This document shows positions 10,343-20,317 of a stretch of DNA of 64,000 nucleotides, piece by piece. The stretch comes from Methanomicrobiales archaeon (GTDB lineage Archaea > Halobacteriota > Methanomicrobia > Methanomicrobiales > Methanospirillaceae). Position 1 is the stretch's first letter. The number at the start of each line of letters is the position of its first letter. The stretch covers positions 1 through 64,000 of the forward strand of contig JBAXJR010000005.1 of the NCBI GenBank assembly GCA_037137755.1, written 5' to 3'. The notes under the pieces were generated by a model. That model did not search any database. It saw only the letters and a program-made list of their open reading frames with translations, and was not told the origin of the DNA. A program made the position numbers and the translations under genes.

Positions 10343-12449
10343 TGTTTGTCTCCTTCCTTCTTTTTGGAATGGTGAAATAAAATGTCGATCCCGAACCGGG
10401 GACCGGCTCGGTCCAGATCGTACCGCCATGTTGTTCTGCTATTCTCTTGCAGATTGCAAGGCCTATCCCTGTTCCGGGGTATTCGTCCCGGGTATGGAGG
10501 CGCTGGAAAATCTTAAAAATCCGTTCCGCATACTGTGGATCGATACCAATGCCGTTGTCAGAAACGGAAAAGATCCAGCTCTTCTCATCCTGTTTTGCCG
10601 ATATATGAATATTCGGAGTAACGCCGGGTTTATGGAATTTGATCGCATTGCCGACCAGGTTCTGGAACATCTTGGTGATCTGTTCCTGGTCTGCGTAAAT
10701 TAAGGGAAGAGGATCGCTTGTAATGACCGCATTGTGTTCTTTGGTGGCAACCTGGAGATCGCTGAGCGCCAGGTCAAGCGATGTATTACTATCAGTCATT
10801 ACATATTCGTGTACCTGCGTCTGGACACGGGAATAGGTTAACAGGTCCTGGATCATCTGCTGCATCCGCAGGGTTCCTTCGGTAATGAAGTCGAGATACT
10901 TGTCCGCCTTTTCGTCGATTTTTCCGTGATAACGTTTTACTAAGAGTTCGGTAAACCCGGATATTGCCCTGAGGGGTTCCTGCAGGTCATGGGAAGCGAC
11001 ATAGGCAAACTGCTGGAGTTCGATGTTGGACCGAGCTAGTTCTGCGGCTTTGAGGACGAGGTCCTCTTCCAGTTTCTTTCGAACAGTAATGTCCCGGATG
11101 TTGCACTGTATGACCTTCTTGTTGTTCACCGTATAGACGTTACTGAGGAACTCAACGGCTATCCGCTTCCCACCTGCGGTTTCGATCGGCATATCTTCGT
11201 ACCGCACGTATTCCTTGCGCTGTAGTTCTTCGAAGTTTTCTTTATTGGCAACGATGTCCTTGAACAGCCCGATCTCCCATATTTTCTTTCCAAGGAACTG
11301 GTCACGTGAGAATCCCAGCATGGTAATTAAAAACGGGTTTACTTCGACGATCTGCCCGGTATCAGCATCGAGAATGAGAATACCGTCCTGTGCTGTCTCA
11401 AAGAGACGACGGTACCGGATTTCTGAAGCCACCTGTGCTTCTTCTGCCAGTTTGCGCTCAGTATTGTTCCGGATGTTGCACTGTATAACCTTCTTATTAT
11501 TCACCATGTAGACGTTACTGAGGAACTCCACGTCAATCCGCCGCCCATCTGCAGTTTCCAGGGGCATATCTTCGTACCTGATATACTCCTGCAGTTTCAA
11601 TTGTTCGAAGTTTTCTTTGTTGGCAACGATGTCCTTGAACAGCCCGATCTCCCATATTTTCTTTCCAAGGAACTGGTCACGTGAGAATCCCAATAGGGCA
11701 ATCAAAAACGGATTTACGTCAGTGATCTGCCCGTCATCAGCATTGAGAATGAGAATGCCGTCCTGTGATGTCTCAAAGAGTCGCCGATACGGGATCTCAG
11801 AAGTAATTTTTGCCTCTTCTGACAGCCGTAAACGCTCCTCACCCGCTCGCAACGCCGTTTCTGCGGCTCTGATATCAGAAATGTCGCTGATTGCCACCCT
11901 GACCTTTACGTTACCATCGCCCGCGCCGGTGAGCCGGATACTCTCCAGCTGGGCAGGGAACGTTGCCCCGTCACCCCGTTTGAGCACCATGGTGGCACTG
12001 AGTCTCTCTTCGGACTGCATAAGATTCATGAAATACCGGTCCCATGTTTCAAGCTCTCCAGGAACGATCCATCTCCTGAACCGTGCATTATTGAGTTGGG
12101 TCCGGTCAACTCCAAGGAGCACCGCAACGGTGAGGTTCGCCCGTGAGATCATTGCCGTATCAGTCAGCGTTAGATAGCCAACCGGGGCGAATTCGTACAG
12201 GTCAAGGTACTCATCCCGTGATTCCGCAAGGGCGAGCTGCACCCTCATGAGCTCCTCAGCCTGTGCTTCAAGCTCGATCTGGTGTACCTGAAGGACATGG
12301 ATAAGTTCCTGAAAATCCTGTATTTTCGCACCGGGATTGACCGTATAGGGACCTTTTGGTTTCTTTTCAGCCGCATCATTCAATGAGATAATGCCGGGTG
12401 AAGCAACAGGTGATTTCTTTTTTTTCGTTTCTTTTGTATTGGCTGCCAT
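10335..12449 (-). CDS. Cytoplasmic PAS histidine kinase (Cph1-like HisKA)
   Basis: N-terminal HQIELEAQAEEL helix, three PAS domains (two near-identical), H-box ASHDLQEPLR, QNLVGNAIKF, FQRLH..GTGIGLA. Confidence 0.95.
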   Translation of the reverse strand: MAANTKETKKKKSPVASPGIISLNDAAEKKPKGPYTVNPGAKIQDFQELIHVLQVHQIELEAQAEELMRVQLALAESRDEYLDLYEFAPVGYLTLTDTAMISRANLTVAVLLGVDRTQLNNARFRRWIVPGELETWDRYFMNLMQSEERLSATMVLKRGDGATFPAQLESIRLTGAGDGNVKVRVAISDISDIRAAETALRAGEERLRLSEEAKITSEIPYRRLFETSQDGILILNADDGQITDVNPFLIALLGFSRDQFLGKKIWEIGLFKDIVANKENFEQLKLQEYIRYEDMPLETADGRRIDVEFLSNVYMVNNKKVIQCNIRNNTERKLAEEAQVASEIRYRRLFETAQDGILILDADTGQIVEVNPFLITMLGFSRDQFLGKKIWEIGLFKDIVANKENFEELQRKEYVRYEDMPIETAGGKRIAVEFLSNVYTVNNKKVIQCNIRDITVRKKLEEDLVLKAAELARSNIELQQFAYVASHDLQEPLRAISGFTELLVKRYHGKIDEKADKYLDFITEGTLRMQQMIQDLLTYSRVQTQVHEYVMTDSNTSLDLALSDLQVATKEHNAVITSDPLPLIYADQEQITKMFQNLVGNAIKFHKPGVTPNIHISAKQDEKSWIFSVSDNGIGIDPQYAERIFKIFQRLHTRDEYPGTGIGLAICKRIAEQHGGTIWTEPVPGSGSTFYFTIPKRRKETNNE

Positions 12450-12981
12450 TTCAGTTTCCCTCCCTGTTGCTGGTGCTTTGGGGGCGAGGCCGGTTATTTC
12501 TCCTTACTACACCAGGAGTTAAAGAAAATAGAGTGTACGTCTGTCCACTATACAGCATTGTTAAGGCGGTTCCTTTTATTATGGCTTTCCAGGAATTCTC
12601 TGGCCCTTTATCGTCTCTCTATTTTAGTTCTGTACAAACATTTCCCCTTTATAGACCGGATTTTACATATTTCCTGTATTTCATGCAGTTGCCGGTTAAT
12701 TTTTTGGGAGCATGGTTCTTATACAGAGGAGAATGTTATAAATTACCTGATAAGGGTTCTCCCAGTTTATAAATTTTGCAACGTTGGACCGGACATTAAA
12801 TCCTTGCAGATACGGTGAACTATTACAAAAAATTACCCGGTTACGTTTTTTTTACGATACTCAAGGAATTGTTAAAAGCCGGGTTGCGAAACCTGAATGG
12901 CATTTGTATATCTCGTGTTTAGTGTTATGGAACGGGTGTGTTCCAGCAAATTAAGACCGGAAATTTCGGATTTTAATTCAT

Positions 12982-13010
12982 ATTTTGCAACACCCGGGTA
13001 GTGGTATATA
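12982..13010 (+). promoter_or_regulatory. Shared promoter motif, copy 1 (ATTTTGCAA-CACC-CGGGTAGTGGTATATA)
   Basis: Matches copies at 17181, 18434 and 20195; ends in a TATA-like box about 100 bp before ATG 13113. Confidence 0.7.
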
Positions 13011-13112
13011 CTCACCCACTCCATGGTGTTTGTCTCTGATAAGATTATAAAAATCATATTATAAATAATAAAATATTTTTAAAGATCGTGTCAGGGAAAG
13101 GGAGTTTTTAAC

Positions 13113-13502
13113 ATGAAAGAAATAATCAAAGACGCACCAGGGAAGGTGCAGGTAACTGTATTAAATGAGACACCAGACCGGATGGTAAACACCGGAATTG
13201 CTGGTGCAGATCATCTGAAAATCCAGACTGCCGAAGCACTGGAAGATGCTGCCCGTAAGCTACGGATGTCTGATGTATCAGCCAGGGATGAGGACGTACA
13301 ACGAATCCTGCAGAATGTCGAAGACCGGGTAAACCAGTTCAAGGCAGATATTGGTACACAGTACCAGAACGTGGAAGCAGGGTATCATAAGACAGTAGAA
13401 CCGGTAGAAAACCTTATCATCGATCATCCAATTCCTTCTGTTCTGGTCGCAGCCGGTCTCGGTGTCATCCTGGGCATGTTCATATTCAAACCACGTGACT
13501 AA
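13113..13502 (+). CDS. DUF883/YqjD/ElaB-like tail-anchored membrane protein
   Basis: Charged helical body plus C-terminal HPIPSVLVAAGLGVILG transmembrane motif typical of DUF883_C. Confidence 0.75.
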   Translation: MKEIIKDAPGKVQVTVLNETPDRMVNTGIAGADHLKIQTAEALEDAARKLRMSDVSARDEDVQRILQNVEDRVNQFKADIGTQYQNVEAGYHKTVEPVENLIIDHPIPSVLVAAGLGVILGMFIFKPRD

Positions 13503-13513
13503 CGAGGGATTGT

Positions 13514-13882
13514 ATGCAAACCAGTGCCGGGATTGAAGAACAGACGATAGAATCAGAGTTAGCCAGGACAGTTAAATACATAGACCTCTACATGCAGCAG
13601 AAGATGGATCTGTTTCTGCAGCACTATGTATTTGAACCGGTAAACTTTCTGATCCGGCAGATCATGTACCTGTCGATCGTTGTTACCTTGCTGGTAGCTG
13701 GAATCGTCGTCCTGTTGATTGGTGTGATCCTTTACCTGGCAACGTTTGTCCCGCTCTGGACAGCACTGTTCATCACAGGTGCCATATTATTGGGAATGGG
13801 CGTAATTTCCTCCTACATACTCATATCAATGAAAATCGTCCTGAAAACCCCGATTGCCACGGAGGCGGTACTACATGAATAA
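13514..13882 (+). CDS. Two-TM membrane protein (YqjE / holin-superfamily-III-like)
   Basis: Two long hydrophobic helices with a PLW turn; position after the DUF883 gene mirrors yqjD-yqjE. Confidence 0.6.
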   Translation: MQTSAGIEEQTIESELARTVKYIDLYMQQKMDLFLQHYVFEPVNFLIRQIMYLSIVVTLLVAGIVVLLIGVILYLATFVPLWTALFITGAILLGMGVISSYILISMKIVLKTPIATEAVLHE

Positions 13883-14264
13883 ACGTAGGCAGGTCACTGA
13901 AGAAGACCTCCTCATCACGGAAGCGTTGATTTCGCAATCTTATAGTCAACTGAAACAGTCAGTCATCCAGGCTCCATCCAGGATGTACCAGTCAATAAGC
14001 CAGACTGCACGTGAGCACCCCTATGAAACTGCCGCTGCAGGTGTTGTTGCAGGGGTAGCCGTGGGTGGGATCATCAAAATGAAGTCATCTGGTGCCTCTG
14101 TACCGAGAGCACATGAACGAGTCAGGGTCACCATAGAGAAGGACACGAGCCGCCAGGATCTCATGCGTGAGATGCTGCCGATCATCATACCGCTTGTTGC
14201 CCCGTATCTCGAAGGCTTTATCCAGAAATATATTGGCGGGATCCCATCCGTGGAACGCGTATAA
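13875..14264 (+). CDS. Hypothetical protein with internal DUF883-like motif (YqjK-like position)
   Basis: GGAGG SD; 8-bp overlap with the upstream gene; EHPYETAAAGVVAGVAVG segment. Confidence 0.6.
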   Translation: MNKRRQVTEEDLLITEALISQSYSQLKQSVIQAPSRMYQSISQTAREHPYETAAAGVVAGVAVGGIIKMKSSGASVPRAHERVRVTIEKDTSRQDLMREMLPIIIPLVAPYLEGFIQKYIGGIPSVERV

Positions 14265-14559
14265 CGCGTAATCTTTCTGGTAGGAAATTGTATTTTATTT
14301 TTATACGCGGGACCTTGCTCCTTGCTTTCTCCAGCCGGACAGAGGGCTTGCGCAGAATAAAAATTTCTGCGTCTTCACCCTTGCACGTATCGCGTAGGGG
14401 AAATTACCCGCTATTTGTTGAATCGCGCGATGTATCTCCCAGTTCTGGTCGTCCGGTATTCGCAGACACAAATCATATGTAATTATATATCTCTTAATCT
14501 CCTCAACCCGATAGATGCTGTTGTATGAGCTGCAACAACACTGCAGCCCGGGAGAAATT

Positions 14560-15306
14560 ATGGCAAACAAAAGTCCATTAATTATCGTCCTGGCGGTATT
14601 TACACTCCTTCTGTTCGCAGGGGGAAATGTAATGGCCCAGACGATCACCATCAATGGTGATGTATCGCAGGAGGACTCGCTCGTATGGACAATCTCGAGC
14701 GACGCGTTAGACGGAGTACTCGTTCCAGGCGAAGTCCAGGCCACGACTACCTACGGTGAAAACACACACTCAACGGGTGGCAGCACGAGTTACATCAAGA
14801 ATTTCAACCTGAACACAGGAAATGTAGTTCTCGGCCAGAATAATGTCGACGTCCAAAAAATCATCACATTCGATGGTACCACCGCTCCGAACGGGAACGG
14901 TCGCATAGTTTCAGAAGAGTCAATCGGTATTGACACGATGGGCCTGCCTGGCAGTTCATCGACATGGCCAGCATTCCACAGCAATATTCAGGCCGGGGGC
15001 TCGTTCGATCTCCTGCGGGGTTCAGTCGCAACAGCAGCACAATCCCGCACCGTATCGGCAGATCCAAACACCCCTGTGAGCCTCAATTACTATATCAACC
15101 TGCATGGGACACCGACCCGCACAGGGGCATACCTGCCTGCAATCGGTTCAGTCAACTCGTTCATGAATGCTCACGGCGAGTATGCAAGGGGTAACAGCAC
15201 ACAGAAGTCATCTGACCTGGTCTACTCACACAGTTCCGGGGCAAGTGGCCTGATAACTTCCTTCACGGACAGCATAAAATATCAGTCAGGATTAACCCTG
15301 TTCTGA
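14560..15306 (+). CDS. Secreted beta-rich protein, Methanospirillum major sheath protein (MspA/SH)-like paralogue
   Basis: Signal peptide; Ser/Thr/Gly-rich; collinear with the 20820-21641 product (GEV..TT.Y.ENT, Y.K.F.L.TGN, QAG, K.SDL, YQSG end); family link is from recall. Confidence 0.6.
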   Translation: MANKSPLIIVLAVFTLLLFAGGNVMAQTITINGDVSQEDSLVWTISSDALDGVLVPGEVQATTTYGENTHSTGGSTSYIKNFNLNTGNVVLGQNNVDVQKIITFDGTTAPNGNGRIVSEESIGIDTMGLPGSSSTWPAFHSNIQAGGSFDLLRGSVATAAQSRTVSADPNTPVSLNYYINLHGTPTRTGAYLPAIGSVNSFMNAHGEYARGNSTQKSSDLVYSHSSGASGLITSFTDSIKYQSGLTLF

Positions 15307-15456
15307 TAACCAAAGAAGAATATTCCAATAATTTCTTTTTACGCCCTTTAACAAAAGAGATCTCATTTCCGATCAGGTGAATTCCTGGCTGCCAAACTCC
15401 TTTGTGGGAATATATGGTTTATTCCTGACAGAAAAAAGAAGATCCTGATCCCTGTA

Positions 15457-15975
15457 TCAGCTCGCTGCAGCGTCCAGCCCCTTTTTCAGGGCGGGCAAAA
15501 GCCCCACGGAAATGTTCACTTCGCTGGCAATATTTTTAGTCAGGCTCTGTTGCCGGGTCCGCTCTGCCGAAGTTAGTTCCCGTACATCCCCCAGCCGTTG
15601 AATCTCGAAGATCCGGTCCCGTTCCCGCTCCGCGATAAGAAGGTGATTGTAAAACGTTACGGTATCCTTTGCAATATTCCGGTCCATTTTAGGGATGTCC
15701 CGCTGGTAGGCGAAATACAGGCCATTGTCCGGATAGATCGGGGCGGCCTGGACAAAGATGTACTTATCATCGGGGTTCGCCACGAATCCCTGGTCTATTG
15801 ATATAAGATAGTCCTCCATCGTTGAAACATCGAGATAGAGTCCCTCGGCAGTGTCGCTCCGATCCTTGGCCAACGACGAGTTCCAGAGGAAAAGCGAGTT
15901 GGCAAGGTAACCGCTCGCACCGATAAGGACCCCGATGACGAGAATGATAATCTGGGTCTTAGTGTTTTCTTCCAT
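15457..15975 (-). CDS. Hypothetical protein with N-terminal membrane anchor
   Basis: 172-aa ORF with one N-terminal hydrophobic helix. Confidence 0.75.
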   Translation of the reverse strand: MEENTKTQIIILVIGVLIGASGYLANSLFLWNSSLAKDRSDTAEGLYLDVSTMEDYLISIDQGFVANPDDKYIFVQAAPIYPDNGLYFAYQRDIPKMDRNIAKDTVTFYNHLLIAERERDRIFEIQRLGDVRELTSAERTRQQSLTKNIASEVNISVGLLPALKKGLDAAAS

Positions 15976-16193
15976 GTGATTCACGTGCTTTGTTGTCCTT
16001 TCGGGGAACCTGATGTTTTGTCAAATAAAGGGAGGATTTCCCGGTGCCTCCAGGGTTACGATGCAGGGGTTTAGCAGGCTTATTCGAATCCCGCCTGTCG
16101 TCATAATTCTCCAGTTCGTGAGTTTTCCCAAGACTGAATAATAATCGATCGGGCAGTTGTCATACCGGATGGTTGTTTTCGTTATATGGTAAC

Positions 16194-16829
16194 TCACATT
16201 GGCCGGGCGTCTATCTCGCGTGGAATAAGTTTCTGTAGAAGCATATCCGGTATCTGCTTCGAGGTATGTACAGCCATATCGAAGTAAGCCTGGTTATCAC
16301 GGTCACCTTTATAGGTAAGGTCTATCTTGAAGATGGTATCCGTCAACCTGATTGATCCGAGTGAATTGACGGTTGCACGTCGCTCAGCAATTGTTCTGGT
16401 CTGCCCGTTAATGAGTTTTTGGCGGTCACCATCAATATCCGTGATGAGTTCACCCTGGTACGAGAGCACACTGACGTGAGAGTTCCCTATAGCTATTGCC
16501 TGGCCTTCGGGGAATGTAACGCTGTACATAGTAGTGTAGGGTAATACGTTCCCTGGCGTTACGTCCGTAACTGAAACAGACAGCGTCATGTAAGCCACAA
16601 CGACAACAAGGAGTGCAATGACAATGAGGGCGATTACGATGGTTAAACCCATGCCGGTCCCACCCTTTTTCTGTTCGCGTCCACGTTCCTCCTCCAGGCC
16701 CTTTTTCCGTCCTTTTTCCTGTTCCCGTTCGCGTTCCCGCTGTTCGTCCTGCTCTTTTTTCTTTCCTTGTTCCTGGGCAAGTTTCCGTTCCCGGGCCTGC
16801 TCATCATCCTGTGTTGATATATCAGTCAT
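16194..16829 (-). CDS. Hypothetical single-pass membrane protein with highly charged N-terminus
   Basis: E/R/K/Q-rich first 55 aa, one TM helix, beta-rich C-terminal domain; GGAG SD. Confidence 0.8.
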   Translation of the reverse strand: MTDISTQDDEQARERKLAQEQGKKKEQDEQREREREQEKGRKKGLEEERGREQKKGGTGMGLTIVIALIVIALLVVVVAYMTLSVSVTDVTPGNVLPYTTMYSVTFPEGQAIAIGNSHVSVLSYQGELITDIDGDRQKLINGQTRTIAERRATVNSLGSIRLTDTIFKIDLTYKGDRDNQAYFDMAVHTSKQIPDMLLQKLIPREIDARPM

Positions 16830-17180
16830 TTCATCTCTCCATATTTTTATGAATTATTTTCATCATTCTCGTAAATGCAGTTCATTGTTTATCAGATGTC
16901 ATTTTTTATCCAGAGGCATTATCCCGTGATGTCACCTGTGCCAACTGGCCACACGAGAACTGACCTTCATATAGGGCGGATGCATGTATACCTAACCCGA
17001 TATTCCAAAATTTGGAACTACGATGTTATCTTTATGAACTTTTCGTGCAGGTTGATTAAAGAAGGAAACGGGGTTTAAATCGGAAAATCCGGAATGAAAT
17101 GCAATCTTTCCCATGTCCTTTTTACAGGCTTTGAAGATTTTTTTTATTCTTCCCAATGACCTGAATTCCGGATGACTCAT

Positions 17181-17208
17181 ATTTTGCAACAACGGGTCAG
17201 GTATATAT
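17181..17208 (+). promoter_or_regulatory. Shared promoter motif, copy 2 (ATTTTGCAA-CAA-CGGGTCAGGTATATAT)
   Basis: Near-identical to the copy at 18434. Confidence 0.7.
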
Positions 17209-17243
17209 CGTCCCATGCGACATGGAGGCATAGAACTGGATCC

Positions 17244-17368
17244 GGATGAGCGATCATGACTGAAAAAATCCAGGTCGCTCATCCACGGGCTAACGTTTCG
17301 AATATGGAATACAATCGAGACATGGAGGGATTAATTATGAGATTGGCCTCATATCTTCCATGTTTCGA
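17244..17368 (+). other. Two-hairpin structured 5' leader or small RNA
   Basis: Stem GGATGAGCGAT(17244-54)/GTCGCTCATCC(17274-84); stem TCGAGACATGGAGG(17315-28)/CTTCCATGTTTCGA(17355-68) with inner TATGAG/CTCATA. Confidence 0.5.
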
Positions 17369-17393
17369 AATGTTACATGCAGAGGAAACAGGT

Positions 17394-18371
17394 ATGTTAA
17401 AATTATTAAAATTGTATGCAGTTATGGCGCTTCTTGGTACATTAGTCTTAGTGCTCCCGGCAAGTGGGGCTCTTTTTACGATCCCCCGGGGGGGCACAGC
17501 CTTCATAGGTGAACAGGGCCTTGATATCACCCAGACCGGGACAACAAGCAGCACGATGATCGGCTGGTTTGGGAACGGGAATAATGGTACGTACGGGGTA
17601 CCGGTAGCAACAACGTCCGTAGGTGATGCTAAAAATTTCTATATTGCACCTTCGGTTTTTAGTGGTAAAACCGGACCATGGTATAACCTTTCCAGTAAAG
17701 AGCTAGCATTTTACGTGGAAGATCCAAGCCTGACTATTAGGATTTTCGATGAGACTTCGAATTTTGAACTGACGGGTGCGAACATGTATGTGCCGAAAGG
17801 AGACCAGGTGGGTTACAGGGTTGATACCAACCTCGTTCCCATCGCGAACAGGCCCGGTATTACAATGTTTCCCATAACAATTCACGTCAGGACGCCCAAC
17901 GGAAACGAGCTTGCAGAGGTATCCAATTACCCGCTGAAAGATATCATGATCAGCTCATCACCATTTTCGACAGGCCCTGTATGGGATACAAGCACGTATG
18001 CCTCAGGCACCTACACGGTCTGGGCAGTTTGTAATGTAAATAGTATGAAGGATAATTACCCTGTTGATGGTAAGACCGAGACCCCTCAGACGGCCAATGT
18101 CCAGATTAGTAGTTCAAACCCACTCATCATATCATCGGTTACACCTACCCTGACAAGCGTGTTCAGTACGCCTCGACCCAGCCCGGTTGCAACAACAGAG
18201 ATGAAAACGGGTCCTGTAACAGAAATCAGGACCACGGTACCTCCGACGGCGGCCCTTACCTCTTCCCCGGCAAGCCTGCCTCCTGCAACCACCAAGGCCC
18301 CGGGACCGGATGTTGTCTTCATTATAGGTGTATTAGGGTTAGCCACTCTCGTTATGTGGGGACGGGATTAA
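17394..18371 (+). CDS. DUF3821 cell-surface protein with Thr/Pro linker and PGF-CTERM-like tail
   Basis: Signal peptide, GGTAFIGEQGLDIT motif, GTYTVWA.CNVN.MKDNY, T/P-rich linker, KAPG + TM + charged end. Confidence 0.8.
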   Translation: MLKLLKLYAVMALLGTLVLVLPASGALFTIPRGGTAFIGEQGLDITQTGTTSSTMIGWFGNGNNGTYGVPVATTSVGDAKNFYIAPSVFSGKTGPWYNLSSKELAFYVEDPSLTIRIFDETSNFELTGANMYVPKGDQVGYRVDTNLVPIANRPGITMFPITIHVRTPNGNELAEVSNYPLKDIMISSSPFSTGPVWDTSTYASGTYTVWAVCNVNSMKDNYPVDGKTETPQTANVQISSSNPLIISSVTPTLTSVFSTPRPSPVATTEMKTGPVTEIRTTVPPTAALTSSPASLPPATTKAPGPDVVFIIGVLGLATLVMWGRD

Positions 18372-18433
18372 CGCGGATAATATACATAAATATGGCCTAT
18401 TCCCACCAGAATTCTTTTTAAGGTTTGATCCAA

Positions 18434-18461
18434 ATTTTGCAACAGCGGGTCAGGTATATAT
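18434..18461 (+). promoter_or_regulatory. Shared promoter motif, copy 3 (ATTTTGCAA-CAG-CGGGTCAGGTATATAT)
   Basis: About 100 bp before ATG 18560; the downstream leader also resembles copies 1 and 4. Confidence 0.75.
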
Positions 18462-18559
18462 GGAACACTGCTATATTGTGATTATCTCTGGTAAGTTTAT
18501 ATAAAATATATTATAAAATGTATTTTTTAAAATACTGTCAGAGCAGGAGACAGAAAATA

Positions 18560-18913
18560 ATGACTAACACTGTAACATCAGAAACTGCAAAAGCCACCGG
18601 AGATGCCCGGGTTGCTGCACAAACCGCATATGACAATTCAAAGGTCCCCCACACCACACACAGCGATGTGGCCAAATCCATCCACCAGGTGAAAGATGCA
18701 GGGGTACAGGCCCACAAAGTATCAGACGACGCAAAATACGAGGCCCAGAAAGGCGCCCATGACGAAGTAAAGGTTACTGTTGCTACCCCGCACAAGGATG
18801 CAGACCTTACCTCTCATGCTCCATCACATAACCCAAAGAGCGATGTCCAAAAAGCTGCTCCTGGTGTTAAAGTCGGGGCAACCGATGTCGTACCGGCAAT
18901 GAATAAGAAATAA
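18560..18913 (+). CDS. Small hydrophilic LEA-like protein (diverged paralogue of 20318)
   Basis: AGGAG SD; A/K/D/H/V-rich with no Trp, Cys or Phe; N-terminus aligns with the 20318 product (KA..DA.VAA..AYD..KV). Confidence 0.7.
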   Translation: MTNTVTSETAKATGDARVAAQTAYDNSKVPHTTHSDVAKSIHQVKDAGVQAHKVSDDAKYEAQKGAHDEVKVTVATPHKDADLTSHAPSHNPKSDVQKAAPGVKVGATDVVPAMNKK

Positions 18914-18927
18914 TCGTGATGTAAAGA

Positions 18928-19104
18928 ATGACGGGTTTAATCTTGATCACGGTAATTTTTCTTGTCTATCTGCTATGGTTTTTCTATATCAGTGGTACAG
19001 GTAAAAGCCCGCTTCTCAATGGAACCTGCTCTATGACCCGGAGTCCTCCCCGGTATAAAAGTCATAATTACGTTCATATTGTAGCAGAATCCCTGGGAAA
19101 TTAA
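18928..19104 (+). pseudogene. Degenerate DUF1328 copy
   Basis: First ~75 nt align with 20550-20620 (LILITVIFLV..FFYI.G vs [15 protein letters not shown]); the second TM is lost. Confidence 0.55.
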
Positions 19105-19195
19105 AAAGCAGACGATAGGATCCTGGTGATGCAACGCATGAAAAGCCTGCATCTACCGTTAAACCCGTTTTTCCATTCGGACTAAAAACAGTACT

Positions 19196-19708
19196 ATGAC
19201 AAAAGAGATTTTACAATCGGAAATACAGTCTCCTATAGATAATGAAATGACTGAAATATCTCAAAGAATTATGATGGAACTTGAATCCGCAAGTTCTAAG
19301 GATTTGTCAGAAGCCAAATATGCAAAAAAGATATTGCAGTTATCAGATCTTAATTATACGAAAAATATATTCCACGAGATAGAGTGTGTTCCGTCCGGAG
19401 ATGAGCGCGTCATCGAAAAACGGGCGGTAATAAAGGCATTGTTGCTTTCTATGTGGTTGCAGAGACTTTATTTTATTATCAGGTCCGCTCTTATGTCGGT
19501 TCTGGCAGCGGTCGTCACATTCATTTACGTATCGTTTTTTGGCCAGATAGGCGTGGCTCTGGCACTTGCCATGGGCATGCTTATATTCATAATCGGGTTG
19601 ATTGTAACAAGATTATTTGATAAACAAACCGTCAGAGTAACAAAATATATCGTTATACGAATGGCCGACCATAAAAAGATCAGGGAATTTATTATGAATC
19701 ACCTCTAG
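19196..19708 (+). CDS. Hypothetical membrane protein (two C-terminal TM helices)
   Basis: 170-aa AT-rich ORF with a hydrophobic hairpin. Confidence 0.75.
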   Translation: MTKEILQSEIQSPIDNEMTEISQRIMMELESASSKDLSEAKYAKKILQLSDLNYTKNIFHEIECVPSGDERVIEKRAVIKALLLSMWLQRLYFIIRSALMSVLAAVVTFIYVSFFGQIGVALALAMGMLIFIIGLIVTRLFDKQTVRVTKYIVIRMADHKKIREFIMNHL

Positions 19709-19779
19709 GTAAACAGAAGGCCTGTAATTTCATCACATTTCCGACAGATCAATTATTTGCTCTTGATTTATCCGGGCGG

Positions 19780-20085
19780 GTAAGATGACGAAAGTTTCGC
19801 CAATACAATCTATTCGTTTATCATTGTCCAGATTTCCGCAGCCCTCATTGCATTCCTCCTCTACCTGATGTTTTATTATTTTCCGGGTGTAAATGATCCA
19901 CTCCTGCTCGAAACCCTGATTGGTGCTGCCATATGATCCTGTTCATCGGTGCCCGACTGGTAAAAACAGGTTGTGGTTGCGATTCACTTGGTCATGATGA
20001 TGATCGGCATCTTTGCCGGTGTCCAGTTTGGGCATTGCAGGTTTCATCATTGGCCTGATGCGTGTTGCGCTCGCAGTAACCGGAT
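19780..20085 (+). pseudogene. Fragment of AI-2E (PerM/UPF0118) family transporter
   Basis: ANTIYSFIIVQISAALIAFLL.. then stop and frameshifts, then IHLVMMMIGIFAGV.FG / IAGFIIGL..VALAVT, matching the IHP..G..GG...G..GF..GP C-terminal motif. Confidence 0.55.
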
Positions 20086-20194
20086 AAAAGAGGGGACGCA
20101 GTATCAGGTGCGATTTCGTGTGGATCCGTTAGACCGTGTTATGTACCAATGGTTGTTCCCGGACTAATAACCGGTAATAAAGGTTTTAAATCAA

Positions 20195-20226
20195 ATTTTG
20201 CAATACCGGGTCAGGTGTATATACTC
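20195..20226 (+). promoter_or_regulatory. Shared promoter motif, copy 4 (ATTTTGCAA-TAC-CGGGTCAGGTGTATATACTC)
   Basis: About 95 bp before ATG 20318. Confidence 0.75.
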
Positions 20227-20317
20227 CGATACTATATGTTGCTTATCTCTGGTAAAAATTAAAATTCTATGAAATATCCCATTGAAATTCATATCAGGGA
20301 AAGGAGTTGGAAATATC

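Noticed and set aside
16660-16810. Low-complexity purine/pyrimidine tract
   Set aside because: Explained by the E/R/K/Q-rich N-terminus of the minus-strand membrane protein
17256-17393. N-terminal extension of the DUF3821 ORF given in the track
   Set aside because: The signal peptide starts at ATG 17394 and the extension coincides with the hairpin leader
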